A stretch of DNA of 60,923 nt, filler included, from an uncultured Clostridia bacterium (GTDB taxonomy: Bacteria > CAYTYR01 > UBA6262), in NCBI GenBank assembly GCA_964441745.1. It is 3 parts of 3 records of this genome, joined end to end, with 100 filler letters (N's around TTAATTAATTAA, not from the genome) between each part and the next. Parts side by side here need not be neighbours in the genome. Positions count along the whole stretch, not along the records: positions 26,334 to 52,422 come from CAYTYR010000024.1; 2 more parts are not named here. One strand, given 5' to 3'. How positions within the stretch are numbered: the first letter of the stretch is position 1; every line of letters starts with the position of its first letter. The translations under genes and the position numbers were made by a program. Of the stretch, positions 27,099-35,980 are shown one piece after another. Under the pieces are notes generated by a model, which saw only the letters and a program-made list of their open reading frames with translations, was not told where the DNA came from and made no database searches.

Positions 27099-27131
27099 TG
27101 ACCTTACCTCCTTTAAAATATTGTTTCTCCC

Positions 27132-27168
27132 AAAAAAATAGCAGAAAACGCAAAAAACGTTTTCTGCT
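27132..27168 (-). terminator. intrinsic-terminator-like hairpin in the 5' leader of the surface protein gene
   Basis: 11-bp stem agcagaaaacg/cgttttctgct followed on the minus strand by ATTTTTTT. Confidence 0.65.
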
Positions 27169-27312
27169 TTAGGTAGTAATGAATGCGCTAACCAGCATAT
27201 GATCATGCCAATCTGCAGCAATTCTTGCTGAAACAAAAGGAATATTAAATTGTGGCATTTAATATTGCTTCTTTCTCAGAACTAAGATTGTGGCCCTATT
27301 ACACCACAATTA

Positions 27313-27341
27313 AATTTACCACGATGCCTGCCCCTTGTCAA
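27313..27341 (-). promoter_or_regulatory. sigma70 promoter
   Basis: TTGACA, 17 bp, TAAATT with an extended TG. Confidence 0.7.
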
Positions 27342-27372
27342 GTTAAAATTTATTATAGCCTCTGGAAATTTA

Positions 27373-27882
27373 TTATAGCCAGAACTTCTTCATTTCTTCG
27401 GTAATATCGCCGCCATCGACACTGTCTATTTTATGCTGTCCCTGCGGCTGAACCCGGCCATGAGGCGTTTTTTTCTTATTAACCAAGGATACATATTGGC
27501 TAACACTCAGTAACACGGCATGATAAACCCGGATATTATTGCCGATGCGGTTGTCATCAGTGATCACGGTTATTCTGTGATCCTGGCGCTTCTGCCTTAC
27601 TTCGCTGATAATGAGATCATCAGCTTCCTGGCCAGGATCGGCAAACAGCAGTGACAGGCCTTTAACTGTTTGCTGCCGTAAAAGGTCACTACTGCCTTTG
27701 CGGGCGTCAAAGACGATTTTGATTTCACAGTCCGGCCCCAAACCGCGGCGCCGCCAGACAACATAATCAATCAAAGCTTCCCGGGCCTGCCGCAGTTCCT
27801 TAGGGAAAAAGACCTTTAATTCCGGGATCTTATTAATGACATTATACCCGTCAAATAAATAGAGTTGTTTAATCTTTCCCAA
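27373..27882 (-). CDS. NYN domain (YacP/Rae1-like) ribonuclease
   Basis: FDGYNVI, IVFDA, ADDLI and VITDD PIN/NYN acidic residues. Confidence 0.85.
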   Translation of the reverse strand: MGKIKQLYLFDGYNVINKIPELKVFFPKELRQAREALIDYVVWRRRGLGPDCEIKIVFDARKGSSDLLRQQTVKGLSLLFADPGQEADDLIISEVRQKRQDHRITVITDDNRIGNNIRVYHAVLLSVSQYVSLVNKKKTPHGRVQPQGQHKIDSVDGGDITEEMKKFWL

Positions 27883-28822
27883 GACAGCTCCTGACTCCTT
27901 TTTTCTGCAAGTACCAGCAAAGAAAACAATGATCCTGGGTTGGTTTTATTTTTTCTTCCGGATGACACCCTCTATATTTATCCCTTAAAGCCAGCAGTCC
28001 CTGGCTGTAAACTGTCCTGATAAACCGGTCAGCCCGCGCTTTCTTGATTATAGCTGTAGCGCTTTGCCGGTAGATATTGCCAATAGTCATTTCCGGTAAA
28101 TCTGAAGCAAAGCCGCAACAGGGTTTCACATCCCCGTTGGGACAGACATAAAGCACTTGCCCGGGACCCTGGCAATAATCTTCTTTAAACCACTGCTTGT
28201 TCCAGGGACTGGCTAATACCCCGGCTCGATCAACTGGGCATAGGTCTATCTTCGTGATCTTGGCGCTTAATCCTGGGAAATTCAGACTGGGCGGCACAAC
28301 CAATCTTTGCCTTTTACTAATTTTGCCGGACAAGGCGCTGGCTAATTCCCTTACCTTATATATAGAGTTGACGTAAACCAAAGATATGCCGGTCACCATA
28401 CCTGTTAATTGTACCGCAGTAAGAATAAACCTGGCAATTTTAGCGGCAGGCGCTTTGTGGAAATTATCTACACTGATGCAAAATGTGCCAGCAAAACCGG
28501 CCTTGATTATTTGCCGTAAAGTCTGCTCTAAATCTTTTTGGCCTTTAAACCAGCCGGCATTGGTGATAATGCGGTCAAACTTATAGCCCAGTTTAAGAGC
28601 CTGTTTAGAAATAGCGGTAAGAAATTCAGGATCTAAAAATGGCTCACCTCCGGTGAACCCCAGTTCCTTGATCCCGGCTCTCCGGCACTGCTTTAAAAAT
28701 TTAATTCCCTGGGCGACAGGTAACCGGACTTTGCTTTGGGGCACACAACAATGAGCACAATGCAGGTTACATTGATAGGTTGGAGCAAATAGGACTTGTG
28801 TGGGATTAAAACCTCTGTTCAT
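27869..28822 (-). CDS. radical SAM protein with a SPASM/twitch-like C-terminus
   Basis: CNLHCAHC, FTGGEPF and ISVDNFH motifs; C...GDVKPCCG...IGNI...CFLC at the C-terminus. Confidence 0.9.
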   Translation of the reverse strand: MNRGFNPTQVLFAPTYQCNLHCAHCCVPQSKVRLPVAQGIKFLKQCRRAGIKELGFTGGEPFLDPEFLTAISKQALKLGYKFDRIITNAGWFKGQKDLEQTLRQIIKAGFAGTFCISVDNFHKAPAAKIARFILTAVQLTGMVTGISLVYVNSIYKVRELASALSGKISKRQRLVVPPSLNFPGLSAKITKIDLCPVDRAGVLASPWNKQWFKEDYCQGPGQVLYVCPNGDVKPCCGFASDLPEMTIGNIYRQSATAIIKKARADRFIRTVYSQGLLALRDKYRGCHPEEKIKPTQDHCFLCWYLQKKGVRSCLGKD

Positions 28823-28917
28823 ATTGTTATTATACCACAGGAACTTTTCCGTAAACAAGGGGTCTTAATAATTGAAGTAATAAAATATTTGGGGTTATAC
28901 CCCGCAAGGAGGATACA

Positions 28918-29790
28918 ATGAAAGCAAGAAAGCTGCTCCCGGCACTGCTCACCCTGGTTATATTGTCTGCTATAAGTATTGGCCAGACCGCCTTCGCTGC
29001 CACCCAACCGTTTAATTTCCGCTGCCGCACAAAAATCATTCGTGATGGAAACATCCGGTACGAAAACAGGCCATACAATTATAGTTTCCTGGTACAGGTA
29101 CTAAGCGATAATGACGGGCATAAACCAGAATCATCGCTTAATCGCCGCCCTTTTGTTACGGCTGAACCTGGGGAAAGATATTCTGTCATTTTGCACAATC
29201 CCCTGCCGATCAGGGTAGCGGTCAATTTGACCATAGATGGTATTAATTCCATCAATGGGAAACCATGCAAGCCTGCTGATGGATCCAAGTGGATCATTGA
29301 ACCTTATAGTTTCATTACTATCCGTGGCTGGCAGGTCAATGGCCATAATGCGAGGAGGTTCTTTTTCACCAGCAAAGAGGATTCTTACGCGCAATGGCGG
29401 TCTAACAGCTGGGGTAAGGACCTGTCGGTTAATTGCGGCGTGATCGGGGCAGCTTATTTCTGGGATACCCGGGAATTAGAACAGTACTATGAGCAAAATC
29501 CGGTCTATGAATATACCCGGCGGACATATTCATTTAATGAAGCGCTCGGTTGTAAGAAAGATGCTGACCGCTGTCCGGCGCCATCTGCCCGGGATAGCTC
29601 CCGGGAAAAGGAAATGAAAGCCGGAACCGGCATGGGAGAACGCGAGTCAAATCCAGTCCAGCAAGTCTATTTTAATTACAATGCCGGCATGTACAAGCCG
29701 AATCAGGCCGTAATTATCTACTATGATTTCGCCCAGGAGCCGACTCCGCCGCAGCCGTTCCTGAGCATGAATTTTGCCCCGGAACAGTAG
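28918..29790 (+). CDS. secreted conserved hypothetical protein
   Basis: AGGAGG RBS and signal peptide. Motifs GERYSVILHN, DGINSING, IRGWQ, RRFFFT, GVIGAAYF and GTGMGE. The only full-length + strand gene called. Confidence 0.8.
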   Translation: MKARKLLPALLTLVILSAISIGQTAFAATQPFNFRCRTKIIRDGNIRYENRPYNYSFLVQVLSDNDGHKPESSLNRRPFVTAEPGERYSVILHNPLPIRVAVNLTIDGINSINGKPCKPADGSKWIIEPYSFITIRGWQVNGHNARRFFFTSKEDSYAQWRSNSWGKDLSVNCGVIGAAYFWDTRELEQYYEQNPVYEYTRRTYSFNEALGCKKDADRCPAPSARDSSREKEMKAGTGMGERESNPVQQVYFNYNAGMYKPNQAVIIYYDFAQEPTPPQPFLSMNFAPEQ

Positions 29791-29799
29791 AATAGAAAA

Positions 29800-29920
29800 C
29801 GCTTATGGCTTATGGCAAATAGCTAATAGCAAAAACTAACAAAAAAAAAGAACAGGTTCCATTATTAGGAATCTGTTCTTTCGTTCTTGCTATATGCCAT
29901 ATGCTATCAGCTATATGCGC
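29800..29920. repeat. family B-like inverted heptamer arms enclosing a terminator
   Basis: gcttatggcttatggcaaatagctaatagcaa paired with ttgctatatgccatatgctatcagctatatgc. Confidence 0.75.
29841..29881. terminator. bidirectional intrinsic terminator between convergent genes
   Basis: 14-bp stem aaagaacaggttcc/ggaatctgttcttt with one mismatch, next to an A-run. Confidence 0.75.
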
Positions 29921-29921
29921 T

Positions 29922-30251
29922 TTATATTATATTAACCAGCTTAAATTCCCCTTCATATTCAAAAACCGTAATAAAGACAGCGCCGCTGCGGCATTCTTCA
30001 GCCACGCTTATCTCGAACTCACGCTTGATTTGTTTCAGGTCGCCTTCGTCAATATCTTCGCCAAAATTCACCCACATTTTATAAATATACTTATCCATAT
30101 TGGGGTCAGATAAGGCCTTCAGGGCCAGGACACTGTCAAAATTCTTATACATCTGGTTGGATACCTGGTTCAGCATATCCATGATCTTTTGCTTTATCTT
30201 TTCCATATTTGATTCTTTAACAATAAGCATGTAATGTGTTTCCAGAGCCAT
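29922..30251 (-). CDS. hypothetical protein
   Basis: 109 aa ORF with a GAGGT RBS and an upstream TTGACC/TATAAT-like region. Confidence 0.65.
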   Translation of the reverse strand: MALETHYMLIVKESNMEKIKQKIMDMLNQVSNQMYKNFDSVLALKALSDPNMDKYIYKMWVNFGEDIDEGDLKQIKREFEISVAEECRSGAVFITVFEYEGEFKLVNII

Positions 30252-30342
30252 AGCTACCTCGCGTTTGGATTTCTAAACTTATTATATGATATATCATTAT
30301 TTCATGGTTGGTCAAGTAAAAATTATCAATATTCCCGGAATA

Positions 30343-33300
30343 TCAGTAATCAATGGTCCAGAACAGGTCAGCGCCAGCCGAATTCATTTGCGATATTTCG
30401 CTTTCGACGTTCCACCGCCGGCCCAATTTGTATTCTAAACGCAATTTATCTTCCGCTTCAGCCGAAAAACCAAAAGTATAAGCTACAAATAGCCTGCGGC
30501 CAATATATTTGCCGACTGAAACCCGCCAATCCTGGGTATCTTCATCCCTCTTAATATCCAGCGTATCAATCGTCAGTTTATCTCCCAGGATATCCCGTAC
30601 TTTAAGGACGGTGGATCTGCCGATGAAACTTAAGACCTGGCTTTCCACAGAAGAAGCTTCCTGGGTGGAAAGATTTTCTGATGACTTGCCAAAAAGCAGG
30701 TATGATAATATTTCCACATCCTTCTGCGGCGGATCGCTGCGCAGCTGGATCTGCGGATTGTTCAAATCGCCCCTGACCGTGGCCGTGATCATGATCTCAC
30801 TTAGTTCTTTATATTCACCATCAATATTCAGTAAAGGATTAAATCCCGCCGTGCCGGGGAATTGCAGTTCACCGTGAGTAATGATAAACCGGTTACGCAA
30901 AAAATCATAATACCCCTGCTTAATCCTGACGCTGCCCAGGTACGTAAGATCTCCCTTAAGTTGTTTTTGGATGCGCAAATCGCCTACTAACTCAGCTTTG
31001 GAAGTATCCAGTTTGTACCAGAGATTACCTTCGCTATGGATATTAAAATCCATAGCTAAATGATCATAGAAGGATTCAGGCTCTTTTTCTCCTGGCTGCT
31101 TTTGATCTCCCAGCTGGCCAGGATCATCAACAAAAATAAGATCCGCTTGCTTTTCCTGTTCATTAACCTTGATCTCGATAATTCCTTCCAGGGCTTTTAC
31201 TTCAGCCTGTAAAGCATAATCTGCCCCCTGCTTTTTAAAACTGCCTTCGGCATTAACCGTGGCATTAAAGATACCAGGATAGAAAATAGGCCCATTTATT
31301 ATTTTTAAGGCAAAGTTAAAAGAGGCCAATTGCAGTTTTTCCACCACGCCTGTACCAGACAAGGAAAACTGCCCATCCGTAACATCCGCCAGTAGATACC
31401 CTAATTCAAGCTTTTTGTTATGGATCTTGGCTTTTGTTTTAAGAGAAATAAATGGTTCAGGCAAATCCCGTAATTTCAAGCTGCATTCGCTGGTGTTCGC
31501 CAGGATATCTATATCCGGGTTACATAAAGGCCCTTTGGCGTCAATAGTACTGTTAATAAATCCCTGGGCATTGCTGACCGCTGGCACTATCGTTTGGATG
31601 AAATCAAGCGGCAATTGATCCAGTTTGATCTTCAGGTCTATAGTACTGTCCCAGATATCCGGCAGCGGGCGGTCCAGGTTAACCGGATACTGCCAGGTAC
31701 CGGCTAAATCAAGCGCTGATTTAGATTGGCACAGGCCCAAGCCGCGCAAATCCCACTGCCCTTTTTGATAATTAAGATCCATGGTATATTTTTCAAAGCA
31801 GACCGGTTTAATTTCAAGATTGCCTATTTCGACCCTGGCTTTCACCACCGGACGGTCCGCTGTGCCAGAGACAAAAATAAAACTATTCAAGCTGCCGCTG
31901 ATATCTTGCCCAGCGCTAAAAGATTCATTCAAATATCCCAACTGCAGGTTCTCTAAACTAACTGAAAAATCCAAAGCTCCTTGCCAGTCCAATAATCCAT
32001 AAGCCCTGATTACTTGTCCCTGATTGCCCATGATCAGATCCTTTACCGCTAAATAATGGCGGTCTGTTTGCAGTGTAAAAGTTTTTGCGTTCATCCAGAC
32101 CTGGTTCAAGTATTGTATTTTTAATAATTCAATATTTGTTTCTATTGGCTTTTTTTGGATATTGGTCCATCCTTTTAGACCCAAGGCCTGGTTAGGTCTC
32201 CCGGTTAGCGCCAGTTCATAATCAAATTGTTTATCGTTATAGGAACCATTACAGTTTAGAGTGGAGAGAAAATAGTTTTTGAATTTTAGCTTTTGGGCGC
32301 TTAATTGCCAGGCTGCTTTTGGATTTTCGGTCAAGCCAGAAATAGTCCCATTAAGACTAGCTTGCCCGGACACGGGATAATCCGGGAAAATGTTACCAGC
32401 CAGGCTTAGATCTTTGGCTTCGATCTGGCAGTAAATGTCCGTAGCTCCTTCTTTTTCATAATAACCTTTGATGTCAGCATCAGCCAGTTCACTGGCCAGC
32501 TGTCCCTTCATTATCTTCAATTTGCTGCTGGACCATTCTGCCTCTATATTCAGCCGGTCTATTTTGATCTTGGCCAGGCTGCTTCCGGTGAGATCTACCG
32601 TCGTTGACCAGGCAGTCCTGGACTGGTCTTGCCACTTAAAATCCTGCACTGTCAGGTCTACTGCTCCATTCAGGCTGCTGCCCAGATAAATATCAGGCGC
32701 GAAAGGCTTGATATTAAACTGGTCAAAATTGAGATTGGCGCTGGCCGACGCGATGCCGCTAGATAGGTCCGGCACATCAAATTCTCCCTGGAAAACAAAA
32801 TGGCCAAAATTAGTATTCAATAAATTGGTCACAGCTGTCAGCTTGGCCTTATTATACGAAATCATAAATTCTGAAGGATAGACCTGGTATGGTCCAAAAT
32901 ATGAATCCTGAAAGGTTAAGGTCATTTGCATTTCAGGGTCCCAGGTCTTATTTCCCCGGCCCGTTCCCTGTACGGTAAGGTTAAAATCAGTATCACCAAA
33001 GTCTGCGGCCTTGAATTCGGCCAGATTCACATGAGCCAATTCCCCGTTAAAAGTAAAACTATGCTTTTTTGAACCCAGCGCATCAACGATCCCTCTTCCG
33101 GAAAAGGCAGCTTGCCCGGATTTAGCCCGAAGCGCCCAGCGCAACAGGGACAGTTCCCCGCTGGCCGCAAGATCAAAAGAAAGCGGTTTGGTAAACACCG
33201 CCGCTGATTTTTTCCAAGCCGGTATGTCACCTAGATTGAAACGGTTTGATTTACAATGCAAATATATTTTGGGAGATTGAAAATCCTTGACCGCGCCATC

Positions 33301-33966
33301 CAGGGACAAGGTGGAAGAAGGCAGTTTTATCTGAAATCCCGATACCCGCAAGTCATTTGGAGTAGAAATAATTTCTCCTTTTGATTTGACCACAGTGACA
33401 GCAGATTCACTGTCACAGCTGAGCCCGGCTAGATCTAATTTCATCGCCCCATTGATAAAATCATAGAGGAGCGCAGCGTCAATATTGATGTTGGTAAAAA
33501 GTACCGGCGGCATCTTTTTACGGACATACTCTATTTCCGCCGTATTCAGGTTGAACTTGTTGATTTGTATATCCTTTAACCACTGGTCTTTTCGTCCACT
33601 ATCCTCATCCCTCCTTTTTTCTGTGCTTTCCGCAATTGGATAAATCTTTATTTTCGCTCCGTCTATGATCAGGTCTTCAATGAACAGGTGTCCCCACATC
33701 AAGACATTAGGATGATATTTTATGTTTATTCTTCTGGCGGTCAGCATGAAACCAGGGATTTTAAATTCTACATTTTCCAGGGCCAGATGCCGGGAAAAAT
33801 CACCACGGATCGAACCAATTTTAAGTATGCTGGAGGTATTAGCGGTAATTCTATTCAGCACATAGTCTTTTATCGCCCGCTGGGTAAATGGGGTAATAAG
33901 CAGTAAATATCCTACCACTACGACTGCTATGATCCCTATAAACAATATTTTAATAAATCGCCGCAT
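30343..33966 (-). CDS. tamB: translocation/assembly module TamB
   Basis: N-terminal anchor, AsmA-like beta-taco repeats and a C-terminal DUF490 (NPLLNI, SDPP...ILSYLLFGK, VGKYIG); downstream of a TamA-like gene. Confidence 0.88.
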   Translation of the reverse strand: MRRFIKILFIGIIAVVVVGYLLLITPFTQRAIKDYVLNRITANTSSILKIGSIRGDFSRHLALENVEFKIPGFMLTARRINIKYHPNVLMWGHLFIEDLIIDGAKIKIYPIAESTEKRRDEDSGRKDQWLKDIQINKFNLNTAEIEYVRKKMPPVLFTNINIDAALLYDFINGAMKLDLAGLSCDSESAVTVVKSKGEIISTPNDLRVSGFQIKLPSSTLSLDGAVKDFQSPKIYLHCKSNRFNLGDIPAWKKSAAVFTKPLSFDLAASGELSLLRWALRAKSGQAAFSGRGIVDALGSKKHSFTFNGELAHVNLAEFKAADFGDTDFNLTVQGTGRGNKTWDPEMQMTLTFQDSYFGPYQVYPSEFMISYNKAKLTAVTNLLNTNFGHFVFQGEFDVPDLSSGIASASANLNFDQFNIKPFAPDIYLGSSLNGAVDLTVQDFKWQDQSRTAWSTTVDLTGSSLAKIKIDRLNIEAEWSSSKLKIMKGQLASELADADIKGYYEKEGATDIYCQIEAKDLSLAGNIFPDYPVSGQASLNGTISGLTENPKAAWQLSAQKLKFKNYFLSTLNCNGSYNDKQFDYELALTGRPNQALGLKGWTNIQKKPIETNIELLKIQYLNQVWMNAKTFTLQTDRHYLAVKDLIMGNQGQVIRAYGLLDWQGALDFSVSLENLQLGYLNESFSAGQDISGSLNSFIFVSGTADRPVVKARVEIGNLEIKPVCFEKYTMDLNYQKGQWDLRGLGLCQSKSALDLAGTWQYPVNLDRPLPDIWDSTIDLKIKLDQLPLDFIQTIVPAVSNAQGFINSTIDAKGPLCNPDIDILANTSECSLKLRDLPEPFISLKTKAKIHNKKLELGYLLADVTDGQFSLSGTGVVEKLQLASFNFALKIINGPIFYPGIFNATVNAEGSFKKQGADYALQAEVKALEGIIEIKVNEQEKQADLIFVDDPGQLGDQKQPGEKEPESFYDHLAMDFNIHSEGNLWYKLDTSKAELVGDLRIQKQLKGDLTYLGSVRIKQGYYDFLRNRFIITHGELQFPGTAGFNPLLNIDGEYKELSEIMITATVRGDLNNPQIQLRSDPPQKDVEILSYLLFGKSSENLSTQEASSVESQVLSFIGRSTVLKVRDILGDKLTIDTLDIKRDEDTQDWRVSVGKYIGRRLFVAYTFGFSAEAEDKLRLEYKLGRRWNVESEISQMNSAGADLFWTIDY

Positions 33967-34023
33967 ACCTATTTCTCCCTACCCGCCAAAAAGCGCCGGC
34001 GGGTGAATTCAGCAAAGCTGAAT

Positions 34024-35841
34024 TCAAAACGCTTGTCCTATACTGACATAAATTTTATATCGCTCTGTGCCTTGAAAAGGCTTCAATTTGTAACCATAAT
34101 CAATCCGGATCGGGCCAATAGCTGTATTATACCTTAATCCTAGGCCAGTGGTGGTTGACAGCGCTGGCAGGCTGTAGTAACGGGTTTGCGCAAATACTTC
34201 ACCATAATCATAGAAGAGCACCACCCCAAAATCACGATAGAAAGGGAACCGTAATTCAATATTACCTTCCCATAGCGAATTACCGCCGATCGGATTATCC
34301 TGCTCATCACGGGGGCCGAGAGACCGATAACTATACCCGCGAACACTGTAGCTGCCTCCGGAAAAAAAACGCTTAAAGACCGGGATGCTGGTACTATTCA
34401 GTATCGGCCGGGCATAGCCAAGCTGATTGCGCCAAGCTAAAACAACATAACTGCCTAAAGGCTGGAAGTATTTATATTCCCATGAGCCGAGCAAATAACT
34501 AACGGTTGAGCCAATATACTTGGGAGTAAATTCCCAGGTGAAATAACTGATCTGTCCGGCTTTCGGATTGAACAAATCAGTAGTGGTTTTATATTGGAAG
34601 CCGACTTCCAGATAACTTAAGATATATTTCCGGGCAAAGCCGGTATTTTCATCAAAAACCAGGCTGGGATCAAGTAAAAACAACCGGTCCCGTTCTGCCT
34701 GGTAGCCAAAAAAAGTATTCAAAGTGGAAGTCAGGCTTCTGGTAACACGGGCGCGGACATTCAACTTCTCCCGGCGGTAATAATCATAGAAGTCCTTTTG
34801 GTAGCCAAGACCCGCGATCAGATTGGTATATCTGTCACTGAAATAAGGCTGGATTAAATTAGTATCAAGGATATGCTGTAGTTGAGCCAATTTGCCGTTA
34901 ATTTCCAGGTTACCGCCTAACCTGCCGAAATTATATAATTTCCAGAATGCTTGGATCCGGGCTTTGTCCTCCGGCCCATAACCAGGACCGATCTTCAGGT
35001 TATAAAAAGGCCTTTCTTCAACCTGCACATTGATATCCAATATAGTCTGGTCCTGAGGATCAGCGGCCGGCTCTAACACCACCGACCTAAAAAAGCCCAG
35101 GTCAAAGATCCGCTGCTGGCTGAGATATAATTTGTTGGCGCTAAAGATCTCGTCACCTTTAAATAATAGCTCCCGGGTGATAATGCCTTCCCTGACTTCT
35201 TTTATGCCTAAAACCCTGATTTTACCGAATTTTTGCAGCGGCCCGGTTTCCAGGGTATACTCAACTTTGGCCTGTACATTTTTCCGGTCCATGATGACTT
35301 GGCCGCTGATTTGGGCTTCATAATACCCATGGTCAGCCAAAACAGAGAGAATCTTCTTTTTCGATTCTTTATATTTCTTATACGAAAAAATACCATCCTC
35401 ATGTAATTCAATATTATTATAGAGCAGTTTTTTTAAATCTGCATTAAGATGGGCATCGTTAAAAATATCGACTTTGCTGATCCGGTAATAATATCCTTCC
35501 TGTATCTGCAGGACAATACCCAGTCTCTTCTTAGGCCGGAAAATATACTCTGCCCAGACCTGGGTATCATACAAGCCATTATCCTGATATAAACTGATAA
35601 TATTATTCAGGTCCTGTTCCAGCACATCAGCATCAAAATAATTTGGTTTGGACCAGGGCCACCAGGCGCTCACTTTGGTTTCCATTTTAGCCGCTATTTC
35701 ATAGGGCAAGAATTTGGTCAGCCCCTTGATCTCGATACTTTGGACAATGAGGTTTTTTTCCAGGGGAGCTTCGGTCAGCGTTTCCGCTCTCGCCTGGCCG
35801 GCGCTTAAACATATAATTAGCAGCACTAATAATTTCTTCAT
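34024..35841 (-). CDS. tamA: TamA/BamA-family Omp85 outer-membrane protein (about 3 POTRA domains)
   Basis: Signal peptide, POTRA repeats, FFSGGSYSVRGY, GLGLRYNTAIGPIRIDYG and C-terminal IGQAF. Confidence 0.88.
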   Translation of the reverse strand: MKKLLVLLIICLSAGQARAETLTEAPLEKNLIVQSIEIKGLTKFLPYEIAAKMETKVSAWWPWSKPNYFDADVLEQDLNNIISLYQDNGLYDTQVWAEYIFRPKKRLGIVLQIQEGYYYRISKVDIFNDAHLNADLKKLLYNNIELHEDGIFSYKKYKESKKKILSVLADHGYYEAQISGQVIMDRKNVQAKVEYTLETGPLQKFGKIRVLGIKEVREGIITRELLFKGDEIFSANKLYLSQQRIFDLGFFRSVVLEPAADPQDQTILDINVQVEERPFYNLKIGPGYGPEDKARIQAFWKLYNFGRLGGNLEINGKLAQLQHILDTNLIQPYFSDRYTNLIAGLGYQKDFYDYYRREKLNVRARVTRSLTSTLNTFFGYQAERDRLFLLDPSLVFDENTGFARKYILSYLEVGFQYKTTTDLFNPKAGQISYFTWEFTPKYIGSTVSYLLGSWEYKYFQPLGSYVVLAWRNQLGYARPILNSTSIPVFKRFFSGGSYSVRGYSYRSLGPRDEQDNPIGGNSLWEGNIELRFPFYRDFGVVLFYDYGEVFAQTRYYSLPALSTTTGLGLRYNTAIGPIRIDYGYKLKPFQGTERYKIYVSIGQAF

Positions 35842-35866
35842 CTTTTCCTTTGACCTGCTCTAATGA

Positions 35867-35900
35867 TAAGGGGTGGTTGTAAATTAACAACCACCCCTTA
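35867..35900. terminator. perfect hairpin downstream of ppdK
   Basis: 14-bp stem taaggggtggttgt/acaaccacccctta. Confidence 0.6.
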
Positions 35901-35940
35901 GGTTTATTGTAACCTTATAACCATAGCTCAGCCTCTTATA

Positions 35941-35978
35941 CTTCGACTACACTCAGTATAACCCTGAGCCTGTCGAAG
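35941..35978. repeat. REP-like palindrome (CTTCGAC...CTCAG / CTGAG...GTCGAAG type)
   Basis: cttcgactacactcagtataaccctgagcctgtcgaag immediately after the ppdK stop. Confidence 0.6.
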
Positions 35979-35980
35979 GG

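Noticed and set aside
27194..27211. Sigma54-like TTGGCATGATCATATGCT in the surface-protein leader
   Set aside because: GG to GC spacing is 11 nt rather than the strictly required 10.
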